Of a DNA stretch of 64,000 bases, positions 1 to 11,974 are shown in pieces. Source of the DNA: Squalus acanthias (Eukaryota). The stretch spans positions 20,708,001 through 20,772,000 of the forward strand of contig CM059441.1 of NCBI GenBank assembly GCA_030390025.1. The letters run 5' to 3'. Each line of letters begins with the position of its first letter. Within the stretch, counting starts at the first letter, position 1. The position numbers were made by a program, and so were the translations under genes. Below the pieces are notes generated by a model, which saw only the letters and a list, made by a program, of their open reading frames with translations, was not told where the DNA came from and ran no database searches.

Positions 1-1118
1 GCCACCTTCTGCCAGGCAGGCTGTCTTGCTGTCTCTGGGGGAAGGCGCCCTAGAGGTGGCAAACAGCAGCACCTCCATTTCGATAGCCATCGAACCAGGC
101 TTCGAGTGCTGCGCTCTCCATCATTTGACCACTGACTCCCGTTAATGCCTCCAAATTCATTCTGTCACCCACAAGGCGTTGCCCCAAGCAGCCTATGGAA
201 TAGCTGAAATATGTACCTTTCAGATATTTCCAGCTTATTTTAAAAGGCTAACAGAATTTGTGTCCCCAATAGTGACCACTTACCTTTAAGTGCCAACTCC
301 TTTAATTTTTGCAGAGCCCTTTAAGGATGTTGGTGAAGCTATTTCCCACCCTGTCCTTTAGGTGTACTGCCCTTGGCAGGCCCAGTATGGCCTGCGAGCT
401 TGCTTAGCTTTCTAATTAGAACTAATCTTGGGAAACCTCACAGAAAATCTACACGGTAGTTGGAACAATGTCATGTCAGGTGTCAACAACATGTCTAAAA
501 AAGCTTGAATGTTTATTTGATAATTTTGCATTTGCTGAATAACCGTTGTAATGAGGCTCCAGAATCTATTGTATTACACGCATTGCTTTGTTCCTGTGGC
601 GTCGCTGGAGGGAAGTACATGAGGTGAGCAGCAGCGTAACAAGAGTAAAGACAGAGTGATAGACAAGTGTGAGGTCATTTTTATTTTCAGCGTCCTTTCA
701 GAGGCTGATTTACTTGGATTGTAACATTCTAGGCAACGTCTAACTGAAAAACTGACTTCTTGCATCTCAGCTTCCTGTTTCAGGCCCAGGCCTTGTACTT
801 CACAATCTCCTGACTGACTACCCATGTGTCTTTCGTTCTCCTTTTCTCTTTGTGTTCCCAGTAAGTGGGAGGGTTTTCTCTCTGACTTCGCCCCCATTTA
901 ATGATTTGCCAGTCAATAAAACAGGCTACTGATCAATTCTCCTCTCTTGGAATATGGGTTTAAGGAAACCATTTCCTGCTCTTCTCAAATAAATAGTGGC
1001 CCTCCTCACTTAATGAGCCTGGAGGTAGTCAACTGACCCTCATTGTCTCAGTTTAAAGTCGACTATGAGTGACTACATCCCACAAACTGGCTTATCAAGC
1101 TTTAATACATATTTTCGA

Positions 1119-1637
1119 TAGGAAGGATGTTCTTGCCATGGAGGGTGTGCAGCGAAGATTCACCAGACTGATACCTGGGATGGCAGGAATGATGTATGAG
1201 GAGAGGTTGGGTCGATTGGGCTTATACTCGCTGGAGTTTAGTAGAATGAGAGGAGATCTCATTGAAACTTATAAAATTCTAACAGGGCTAGACAGACTGG
1301 ATGCAGGAAGGATGTTCCCGATGGCGGGTGAGTCCAGAACAAGAGGTCACAGTCTAAAGATAAGGGGTAAGCCATTTAGGACAGAGATGAGGAGGAATTT
1401 CTTCACCCAGAGAGTGGTGAACCTGTGGAATTCTCTACCACAGAAGGCAGTTGAGGCCAAGTCAGTAAATATATTCAAGAAGGAGTTAGATATATTTCTT
1501 AAGGCTAAAGGTATCAAGGGATATGGGGAGAAAGAGGGACAGGGTACTGAGTTTGAATGATCAGCCATGATCTCATCGAATGGCGGAGCAGGCTCGAGGG
1601 GCCGAATGGCCTACTCCTGCTCCTATCTTCTATGTTT
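1119..1637 (+). mobile_element. CR1 LINE 3' fragment
   Basis: EGVQRRFTRLIPG...FFTQRVVNLWNSLP, and the 3' UTR ggccgaatggcctactcctgctcc. Confidence 0.9.
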
Positions 1638-2558
1638 CGATGCCTGGCCCATTAACAGATGAACCTTTTGTTTCAGTGGCTGAAACCTGTAGGTGTTTAA
1701 ACCTGTGCAAAATAATTTTGTTTTAAAACGCAATGCTCGAATATAATTCATCCCAAATCCGTTCCGCAAAGAAAAAAACCTGCTGGAGTGGGTAGGTATT
1801 GAGTCCAGTGATGCAGGCACTGAGGAAGCGGACTGCTCTGTCCTATCGGCATCGAGCTTCTTTATTGTTGTTGCGGCTGCATTCACCCAGGCAAGCTGTG
1901 AGTGTTCCATTACTTGAGCCTTGTAGATGGTGGGGGGATGTTGAAGGGTCAGGAAATGAACTACTTGTCACACATCCTTCAGCATCCGGTCTGCTTTTGT
2001 AGTGACGGTCTAGTTAAGCCTCTAGTCAATGGTAACCCCCAAGATGCTGATGGTAGGAGACTTGGCCCTGTTGGTGCCCTTGAAGGTCATGGGGAGTTGG
2101 TTGTGCTTATCACATTGCCTGGCACTTATGTAGTGTGAACGTTGCCAGACACTTGTTGTCCAGCTCATACTGTAGGCTGGCATGGGCCATTTCATTATTG
2201 GAGGAATTGTGAATGGAGTCGGGCACTGTAGGACACAGTAATAATTTTTTCTCTGCTTGTAAATAATAGTCCATCAACCATTTTGGGTATTTCTGAGCTG
2301 ATCACTTGGTACCAATTGAATAACAGCCATGTTGATACTATGCACAGAATAAGTAAATGTGTATCATGCGTGATACCTATTGTTAGACTAAAAGTACACT
2401 TGACAGAAAAAGTATATTGGGTCAACAAGCTCAGTGTTGTATGAGAATGGTAGTCATCATCATGCCTTATTCTACAGCAGAGAAGCAGTGAAGTGCCAAT
2501 AATGAAAAGTTTATCCCTTCAAAGTTCAAACATGAATTTTAACATGGGTGCTTTTAGT

Positions 2559-3020
2559 GTGTCAGTCATGGCTCAGTTGGTAGCATTTTCACCTCTGTGT
2601 CAGAAGGTTGTGGGTTCAAGTCCCACTCCAGAGACTTGAGTACAAAATCTAGGCTGACACTCCCAGTGCAGTACTGAGGGAGCGCTGGACTGCTGGAGGT
2701 GCCATCTTTTGGATGAAACATTAAACTGAGGCCCTGTTTGCTCTATCAGGTGGACATTTAAGATCCTATGGCCACGATTTCGAAGAAGAGCAGCAAGTTA
2801 TCCTCCGAGTTCTGGCCAATATTTATCCCTCAATCAACATCACTAAAACAGATTATCTGGTCATTATCACATTGCTGTTTGTGGGAGCTTGCTGTGCGCA
2901 AATTGGCTGCTGTGTTTCCTACATTACAACAGTGACTACACTTCAAAAGTACTTCATTGGCTGTAAAGCACTTTGGGACGTCCTGAGGTCATGAAAGGCG
3001 CTATATAAATGCAAGTTCTT
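2559..3020 (+). mobile_element. tRNA-derived Deu-domain SINE (SacSINE1-like)
   Basis: A box tggctcagttgg, B box ggttcaagtcc, conserved core, and tail aaaggcgctatataaatgcaag. Confidence 0.8.
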
Positions 3021-3398
3021 TCTTTTGCTTTTTTTGCTTTAAGAGGCAGAGTGTACTTGGCACAGTCCAGTGAACTGGTTTACTTAACCATGTTACTTTA
3101 GCATGAAAGTACTTTGTGACCCTGCAGGAGGTGGTCCTGGAACAACTTCATATTGTTATCTGAACAAACGTCATTATAGAGCTGTATTCCCTTCTTTGAA
3201 TGGACTGTCGTTTTCAGAGAACTACACCTAATGAAAAGTTCTTTTTTAAGCACTGAAAGTTTCACTATTTTGCTATCTTGTATCACAGACTTTATCCCAA
3301 TGAACGCAGTGGGTTCTGGGCCTTCTTCAAGCCCAGCAACATTCCATAGTAATTGGCTACATAAAATGCATTACCTGACATGCCATCCTGAATACCAG

Positions 3399-3852
3399 AA
3401 AGACTTGCATTTATTTGACACCTTTCACGACATCAGGATGTCCCAAAGCGTTTTACAGCCAATGAAATACTTTTGAAGTGTAGTCACTGTTGTAATGTAG
3501 GAAACGCAGCAGCCAATTTGCGCACAGCAAGCTCCCACTAACAGCAATGTGAAAATGAGCAGGTAATCTGTTTTTTTTGTGATGTTGATTGAGGGATAAA
3601 TATTGGCCAGGAGACCAACTCCCCTGCTCTTCTTTGAAATAGTGCCGTGTGGATCTTTTACATCCACCTGAGAGAGCAGACGGGGCCTCGGTTTAAAGCC
3701 TCATCCGAAAGACGGCACTTCCGACAGTGCAGCGCTCCCTCAGCACTGCACTGGAGTGTCAGCCTAGATTTTTGTGCTCAAGTCTCTGGCGTGGGACTTG
3801 AACCCACAACCTTCAAGATCTACAGAGCTGAGAGTGCCAACCACTGAGCCAC
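3399..3852 (-). mobile_element. Deu-domain SINE
   Basis: Inverted copy of 2559-3020. Confidence 0.8.
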
Positions 3853-4468
3853 GGATGGCATTCATCACCTCTGTATAGTCAAACATCCACCGAAAGATTG
3901 CTATCAAATATCAGAACTTCCATTGTGTAGGAAAAAGTTTATTAGCAAAAATATTGGTGAACAGATTGAACCTCGGTCTCCTGTTGCCATTGTATATGAG
4001 GATGTGCAATTAATTTGATGTGTGATCACTTGACACAATAAGCATCTTGCGTTGCAATGGTGTTAAGAAATAAACCTTATAAAGGCAGTTGGCGGCAATT
4101 TACCGTTACTCTGTAAAACTAAAAATTATTGTCAGCGATATCAGTGGATGAACAGACAACTCATCCGTGTGACATTGAGACATTAGCCCATTTATTTTGA
4201 GATTTACCACGTCTGCTGAAACAGTGGAGAGTGGATTGCAATACAAAAAGCGTTGAGTATTCGCCTGTTACACCGACAGTAATCTCTAGGCTGTATTTCT
4301 TCAAATACCGCCCAGGCTGTAGGATTGAAGCTGTCAGCTGAGATGGAGACACTGAGTAAAATGGAGCTTCCTTATGAAGTTAGCAAGTATCGGTTGACAG
4401 ATGCATTATGATTGAAATGCAAGTGTAGAGCATGGAACTGCTTCTGAAACACCGGCCGTGCTCTCGAA

Positions 4469-4597
4469 CTAGAAAGCCTCCTTGTGCTCATGGTCAGACT
4501 TCTCATAAATATAAGCGGGGACGTCTTCATGTGTCTGAGTGATGGATTTGCGTCTTGCCATGTCAGGTGTGAAATCTTGTCCATCATCCCTGAAAGA
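4469..4597 (-). CDS. Gene A terminal exon, SFRDDGQDFTPDMARRKSITQTHEDVPAYIYEKSDHEHKEAF*
   Basis: Acceptor (T)9-AAAG in phase 0, matching the upstream donor. Ungapped homology to the gene B terminal exon (EDVPAY vs EDAPTY at identical codon positions). TAG at 4469-4471. Confidence 0.75.
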   Translation of the reverse strand, partial: SFRDDGQDFTPDMARRKSITQTHEDVPAYIYEKSDHEHKEAF

Positions 4598-4818
4598 CTT
4601 TAAAAAAAAAGTGTTGGTAAATTATTCTCGTCATACAATAGCGCGTCGGTTGATGTAAATTAGAAGAAAATTTAGCAATTGTGGCTGATAAAGGATTCCA
4701 TTATAACAAAGTTGCATTTTCTTTTGTTTTACTTTTTTACATAAGTTAATTAAGAAGCTGGAATAAATTAGATGAAGGAGGTACCCATACAACAACAACA
4801 ACAACTTGTATTTATATA

Positions 4819-5104
4819 TGATGTGGAGATGCCGGTGTTGGACTGGGGTGGACAAAAGTGAGAAGTCGCACAACACCAGGTTATAGTCCAACAGCTTTAT
4901 TTGAAATCACAAGCTTTCGGAGCCGAGGTGTGATAAAGGGCAGTTGGAAAGATTAACTGTAATCATCTGGCAGTGTTCTCTGACTATATATGCTGTGACT
5001 ATATGCATCTCTTCACTTCACCTGACAAAGGGGCAGCGCTCCGAAAGCTTGTGATTTCAAATAAAGCTGTTGGACTATAACCTGGTGTTGTGCGACTTCT
5101 CACA
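4819..5104. mobile_element. Penelope-like terminal fragment in inverted configuration, inserted in an L2 3' tail
   Basis: About 65-bp inverted arms, 12-bp TSD TGTATTTATATA, and a degenerate hammerhead core (CTGACAA) at 5018-5054. Confidence 0.75.
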
Positions 5105-6860
5105 TGTATTTATATAGTGCCTTTAACACAGTAAAACATCCCAAGGCGCTTCACAGGAGTATTATAAGACAAAAAGTTTGACACCGAGCCACATAAGGAG
5201 AAATTAGGGCAGGTGACCAAAAGCTCGGTCAAAGAGGTAGGTGTTAAGGAGCGTCTTAAATGAGGAAAGAGAGGCGGAGAGGTTTAGGGAGGGAATTCCA
5301 GAGCTTAGGGCCCAGGCAACAGAAGGCACGGCCACCAATGGTTGAGCGATTATAATCAGGGATGCTCAAGAGGGCAGAATTAGAGGAGTGCAGATATCTC
5401 GGGAGGGGCGGGGGGGGGGGGGGGGTTGGAGGAGATTACAGAGCTAGGGAGGGGCGAGGCCATGGAGGGATTTGAAAACAAGGATGAGAATTTTGAAATT
5501 GAGGAGTTGCTTAACTTTTCATCATGCCCATAAGAATTTTTTAATAATCATTTTTGTTTCTGTATAAATATATGAATGTAACATTTCAACCTGCTTTCCA
5601 ATTGATCCATGCTAACCACTTGGTACTATCAGTCGCATGGATAGTAGGGATCGGTTGGATCCAAGAATCACTTTATACAACAAACACAGAAGGCAGCCAT
5701 TACACCTCCACACCAAAAACTGAAAGTTCAAGTAGGTTGAAAGCTTGGGCCTGGTCAAGCTCGGGGTCCCTCACAAGCCTTGAACTCAATTTATGAGCAG
5801 ATGCAAGCAGGGGTATCAGCTGCTGAAGTCGACTCAATGTTTGTCTCTTTCTGTATGTTTCTTGTCCTCTCACCTCCCATGGAGACCTGGAATCCAGTCG
5901 GGGTTCAACCTTCTAACAACTGTAGCAATGATCTTGCTTTGGGAGTGGAGGACTGGTGAGTTCTGTTTTGTTATGTTAACATGTAAGTCCTAATTCTAGG
6001 TTATGAGCCCTCAGCTCAAGCCCCAGGAAGCAACAGGATGGTGGTGGTGGTGGGGGGGGGGGGGGGGTGTGCGGGCAGGGAGCCTGGGATAGAGTCACTG
6101 AGAAAGTGGGAAAGAATGAATGGGGAAGAGGCAGGAGTGAGCCATCAGGGATGCCAGGAGGCACTAAACAGGGAGGTTAGGATTAGGAGTTGTATGGGAT
6201 AAGGTTGGGACGAGGAGGGATCAAGATGGGATAATATTGCACCACCTATCTTGCACCAGGAGCCCGATGAAAATTAAGCTCTAGTGCTTAAAATGATGCT
6301 ACAAAGATAAGAAATTTAACACACAGGCCAGGATTCTCCTGCCAGCTGCAGCATCAGAAGAGGCAGCTGTGGAGCTAAAGGGGCAGAAGCGCCTCGAAGA
6401 TTGGCACATTGGTCTCCTTGTAGGCCTCGGCAGAGACTAAGGGGGAAAAATTCAGTTGGTTGGTGCCTCCAGTTGGTGCCTGGCTATGAGTTACTGCCGG
6501 GAACCTCAGCACCAGGCAGATCATGACGTCAGTGAGCGTGCAACGCTCACTGGGCACCCGATCTGCAAAATTAATTGTCGCCCCCTGCCTTAGCGCCTCA
6601 CCCCGACAGGGATAGGGAGAGGCGGCGTCAAGCAGGTGGATGCCGGCTCCAGGGACGCTACTTAAAGGGATCATGAGTAATGAGTCACAGCTGTCAGGTT
6701 AGTGCTGATTCACTGCTTCCTTGTCAGTTTGACATTGTGCAACAGTTTAATTCAGTCATTTAAAGGTTGTTTAGTATCAGGAGTGTTGTGGCTACTAAAA
6801 ATTAGTTACATTTATTCTCACAACATATCAAAGTGCTACACTTGGTTACATTAATAGGGG

Positions 6861-7977
6861 ATGTACTGGCAGTCGACCTCGCCCTCCAGGATCTACGGCG
6901 GAGGGGGCGGAGGCAGCGTGCAAGATTGGAATGTGTGGCCGAGGGAGGAGAAGGGCCATGAGGGCTCTCAACAGGAGGCCTTACCCTCCGAGGGTATTCC
7001 GAGAGCACTTCTGCTACCTCCAATTAGTGAGGAGCAGTGTATTAGAAGGCTCTGCTTCAGCAAGGAGGTGGTCACAGAACTCTCCATCTCCTGCAACCAG
7101 ACCTCCAGCCTCAGATCAGGGTGACCACGGCTCTCTCAGTGGCAGTCAACTCAATTTCTTTGCCAGTGGATCCTTCCAGTCTGCAACAAGAGATGCAACT
7201 AACATCTCACAATTCGATGTCTATTGCTGCATCAGGGAGGTCACAGAGGCTTTCTACAGTAGGAAAAGGGACTAAATTTCCTTCCCTATCACAGAGAGAA
7301 GTAGGACGAACGTGCATGTGGCTTTTCCAGGATAGCAGGATTCCCCATGGTGCAGGGCGCCATTGACTGCACCCACGTGGCTTTGCGGGCACCGCATAAC
7401 AATCCTGAGATCTTCCATAACCGCAAAGGCTACTACTCACTTAATGTGCAGTTGGTTTGCGACCACACACAGCGAATCCTCACTGTCAATGCCTGCTATC
7501 CTGGCAGCAGCCACGATGCCTTCATCCTGCGCCTGACCGGTGTGCCAGCACTCTTCCAGCCACCACATCAAACTCAGAGACAAGGGTTATCTGCTTTCCA
7601 CCTGGCTCATGACTCCCCTCCGCAACCCCAACACTCCTGCCCAGCACTCATATAATGAGAGCCATGCCGCCACCAGGAACATCATTGAGCAGATCATCGG
7701 GGTGCTCAAGCAACGGTTCCGTTGTCTTGACTGTTCGGGAGGAGCCCTCCAGTACTCGGCTGAGCAGATGTCCCATTTCATCGTGGTCTGCAGCATGCCC
7801 CACAACTTGGCCATCATGAGGGCCCAGCCCTTGCTACCAGGGATTGCGGGACCACCTCAGGAGGAGGAAGAGGGAGAGGAGGAGGAGGAGGAGCAGGAGT
7901 GAGGGAGGAGGCAGCCACTCAATCGGCCTTCCGGAAGGGTGGTCCGTGACCGCCTCATCAGACTGTGGTTCCAGTGA
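6861..7977 (+). pseudogene. Harbinger DDE transposase (HARBI1-like), frameshifted
   Basis: Motifs GAIDCTHV, KGYYSLNVQLVCD, YPGSSHDAFIL, DKGY and [18 protein letters not shown] are split over several frames. Confidence 0.9.
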
Positions 7978-8144
7978 ATTAAACCCCAGATCCCCGTTGC
8001 TCACCACATCCCCATCATTCCATCCCTGTCGCAGCCCATATCACAGTGCAAAGCTGAAATGAGAGACACCACAAAATAATCCAAACTGAATTAATAAAGT
8101 TATCAATTATCAGTGAACACACATTTACAACAACAATATTAACT

Positions 8145-10033
8145 ATTCATCCTTGTGCAATCCCTTAGTGCCTCTTGTTACTGTGCCTTTGCCTACTCTA
8201 GTGCTCCTACGAAGTGTTGGCCCAGTGGCTGCAGCAGGGCTGGTGGAAGGCTGCTGAGTGTCCGTGCGGGAGACTTCAGATGGTCTTGCAGGATGTCCTT
8301 GACCAGCTCTGGGCCTGGAAGACCCGGCTGTAGAGTGCACCACCTCAGCATGGCGGCAGCAGTCTGGGCTGGCTGGATGACAGGCAGCGACAAGGGCAAT
8401 GGCAGAGTGGCAGTGGTGGGAGCAGGAATGCTGTCATCCTGAGAGAGGATGGCAGCTTCCTGCTTCACTGACCCACTGCCACTCCCCCGGGGCAGCACCT
8501 CAGCAACCCTAGCAACTTGTTGGAGCACAGATTGCTGGCCTGCTGTGACACCATGTAAACCCCGGTCGACGGTGGTAGACCCAGGCACGATGGCAGCAGT
8601 CAGAGCTTGCGTTGCATCAAGCTGAGACTGCATGAGAGCAGTCTGAGATTGGATACCACCAATGCAGTCTAAGACGTTGCATCGCTTCCGCCTGTGCTGC
8701 AATGGAAGTTGCCAGATCGTCCATCACACGCGGCATCAGGTCTGGGTCGCCACGGTCTCTCTGGGAGTCTACCATCCTTTGCAGACTGGAAATGATGGGC
8801 TCCATGGTGTGCGCAGAGCTCTGTGCAATGTTGGAGGCGGACTCTTCCACGCTCCTTACCATTGCCGAGAGGCTCTCGGGCACCCTTGCCATTGCACCTA
8901 TCATCTCCGTGTGCATGCCCATCATCCTTCTTCTAAAGGCCTCCCCATCGAGGTCCTCATCTGAATCCTGTGCAGCAGAACTCGCTCGCGAACTCGCCCT
9001 CTGGGGAGCTGGCCCCCGAGCTACCCTTTCCCCCTGGCCTTGCTGCAGCCCACTTGTCCCCGGTGCCTCACCCTGTGCAGATCCCGCTACTATACTAGCC
9101 TCTAAAGAATGCGTAGTGCCAGTATCTGAGCTGGTGCCTGTGGGTAAGACATGCAGTGACGCGGTGTGTTCTTTCCTCCACCTCCTCTTCTCCTGCCTCG
9201 CTCTCAATGGTACCCCCAGGGACTGGCTGCTCAGGTGCTTGCTCATTATCTGAAAGCATAAAGGCACAAGATTCAGGTTAAGGTGAGGGGAGGGCACAGG
9301 AAGGGAGAAATGCATGCATACAGCATGATTAGCTGGAAATTGCAAAAGGCTTGTGGGGTGAGATGGAAGTGGGATGTGAGAAGAAGGAGTAGGGATGAAC
9401 ATACTGTTGTTGTCCCCAAGGGGGTCAATGTTGCTGGTGGCCACGGTGCCCACCACCTGGTACCCAATAATTTGCAGCACTCGAGTCTCTAGCTCAGACA
9501 GTGGTTGGGTGTCGGCTTGTCCCCTGCCTGTGCGCTCCTGCTCCCTCCTGTTGTGAGCCACTTTGGCCTGCTAGAGAAAGGAAAGTTTGTGATGAGTGTG
9601 GAGCAATGTGTTTGGGTGATGTGCCTGCCATAGTTGAATAGTTGTCAGTGTGTGCAAGGTGTGTGATGTGGGTGTGAGTGTTGGTAGGTGGAGATTGTTG
9701 GTGGGTGAGTGCTGGGGGTGTGGTGCTTTGGGCAGTGTGTGCAGACTATGGTTCAGATGGTGGTATGTAGCATTTGTTGAAGCATTGACTCACACTGACC
9801 ACCAGAGTGAGGTTGTTAAATTTCTTCTTGCACTGGGTCCTGGGGACCACAATGCTGCCCGAGACATGCTGGGCTACCTCCCTCCACATGGTGTGGAAGA
9901 CTTGCGGCGAGGGCCTCCTGCCACTTGCCGGATAGAGCACCGCCCTCCATCTTTCTACTGCGAACACCAACACCTCCAATGCATGGTCGCAGAATCTGCG
10001 GGCTCTTTCCCTGGGGCATGGATCTGCCATCAT
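8145..10033 (-). pseudogene. Harbinger Myb/SANT-like DNA-binding protein gene, spliced and frameshifted
   Basis: RARRFCDHALEVLV...WREVA...RTQCKKKFNNL trihelix motif. Exon 2 at 9405-9567 reads AKVAHNRREQERTGRG, and a further acceptor lies at 9249. Confidence 0.8.
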
Positions 10034-10301
10034 TACGGCTGCTTGAGTCGTCCGGCTCCTTCTCCTTGACCTGCTGCTGCTGGCTGAGATGGCTGCACAG
10101 CCAGCAATGATGAGAATGAGGTTCTGCAGCATCAATGAACCTCCCCTTTAAGAACTGGAAAGAGCCTGTGGCAATGATGACTTGTGATTAGACTGCACCT
10201 GATATTGGTCAGCGCTTTGAGTTTAACACCACTGAGCTAGGCCATTAGCGCTTGATTTAGTGCTCCAGTCCTTTGTGCAATGAGACTGAATTTTGCATGT
10301 A

Positions 10302-10543
10302 CAGGAAACTCTCGTTTAAACGGCACCTAAATATCCGGAATTTCTCTATTAACCGGCAAAATTCAGGAGTAGGTTCAGGTAAGTTTTACTGTATATTAGT
10401 GGCCGTGTAACCGGGACTCCTGCACCTGTGGCTGTGTAACGGGGCTCTCGTACCTTGGTAGGTATACATCTCAGTTATCCGGAATTTTTAATAAACCGGC
10501 ACCATCCCGGTCCCGTACGTGCCAGATACCAAAGAGTTTCCTG
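10302..10543. mobile_element. Tc1/mariner (Tigger/pogo-like) MITE nested in the Harbinger element
   Basis: Perfect 11-bp TIR CAGGAAACTCT/AGAGTTTCCTG with TA on both flanks. Confidence 0.75.
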
Positions 10544-11974
10544 TAGTCTGAAGCATTAGTGCCTGGCGCTAATTCTCAAACTTTTCAAAAGTTACCACCC
10601 ATTCCTGGGCTATAATGAATTTCTCCCCCTAAGGGCTACAAGGCAATGTGAATGGGGACCAGATAAAAGGAGAGGAGTTCCCTACAAGGCCCTCTCCCTC
10701 TATGGGGAGGCCTCAGGTCTGTTATTGCTGCTTCCCGAGACCTACTGTCACCATCTCCATGGCGACCCTGGGAAGCAGCGACATCAAGGGAGGACAGGAG
10801 GGATATCTGCCAGCAACCGGGCCTCGTTTTCCCCCTTTGTTATTTGCACATGGCACACAGGGAAGGAGTGGCTAGCGGCAGTCAGGGCAGGGGTGGGGAA
10901 ATAGAGGTGGGGTGGTGAAGTCACTGCCTGAAATTTCCATCACAGCTAAAGCTTGATAACTACACACAGGGATACTTTCCTGCTTGGGTCACTGGGCTGC
11001 AGTTAGGACCTGGAACCCCAGCTCATTTCTCCCCCTCTCTAGCCTGAGGAAGCTGGGAACAATTGGTGGCCGTGCCTTCAGTTGCCTAGACCCTAAGCTC
11101 TGGAATTCACTCCCTAAACCTCTCCGTCTCTCGAGCTCTCTTTCTTCCTTTAAGATTGTTCTTAAAACCTGCCAAGCTTTTGATCATCTGCCCTAATATC
11201 TCCTTATGCGGCTCGGTGTCAAATTTTGTATTATGACACTCCTGTGAAGCGCTGTTAAAGGCGCTGTATAAATACAAGTTGTTGTTGTTGTTGTTCCCTA
11301 ACCACCAACTGGATTCTTGGTCAATGTGACTTAACCACTCCAGGGGGTGTATTTACTTACTGAGTCACTGGAGGGCAGCAATAGTACTTACTAAAGGCTT
11401 TTCTTACCAAACAGCTGGCTGCTCATGTTCCATTTCCATTGCGATTATTGATTTAATTATGAATAGGTCCATTCAATAGTGGGAACTGTCAGAACTTTAA
11501 CATGAATTCAAAATTAAAAGGTGGCTTTCAATCACTCAGTTTTAATCTGCACAGACAAATGATTGACCCATTTGAAAGTGTAGCATTTCTTTCTCTTGAG
11601 TTTTAAGAGACAAACAGTGAGATTGTTTTTATTTTAGCCTCTGCATTAAGATGAACATTACTGTAACACTGATTGGAAAATCTGGGCTTGTACAGACTGA
11701 ACTGAAACTAGGTAATAAAAGTCCAAGCAAATCATCCCATCCAAATTCAAGTTTCAGTTCCTTGGTTTAAAAAAAAAGTTTTGATTTGAACCCGAGGCGA
11801 GACGAGGAAAAGCTTTTTTACGCAACGAGTGGTTAGGATTTGGAATGCACTGCCGGAGGGCGGTGGAAACAGATTCAATAGTAGCCTTCAAAAGGCAATT
11901 GGATAAATAATCGAAGGAGAAAAAAATTGCAGGGATATGGGGAAAGAGCGGGGGAGTGGGAATAACTTTAAAAA

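Larger units (their letters stand above)
6441..10629 (+). mobile_element. Full-length PIF/Harbinger DNA transposon (inactivated)
   Basis: 14-bp TIR GGGGGA(A/G)AAATTCA, TAA TSD at 6438-6440 and 10630-10632. Contains convergent transposase and Myb/SANT genes. Confidence 0.92.

Noticed and set aside
2559-2632. tRNA gene-like A/B boxes (also at 13823, 28540, 49426)
   Set aside because: These are heads of SINEs, continuous with the SINE core and tail.
4372-4587. Listed 71-aa ORF MMDKISH...
   Set aside because: Wrong frame: the frame homologous to gene B is a different one starting at 4597.
11407-11445. Good donor (gtaaga) after MEMEHEQPAV as a possible extra cytoplasmic exon
   Set aside because: There is no usable in-frame acceptor upstream, and the model is complete and colinear with gene B without it.
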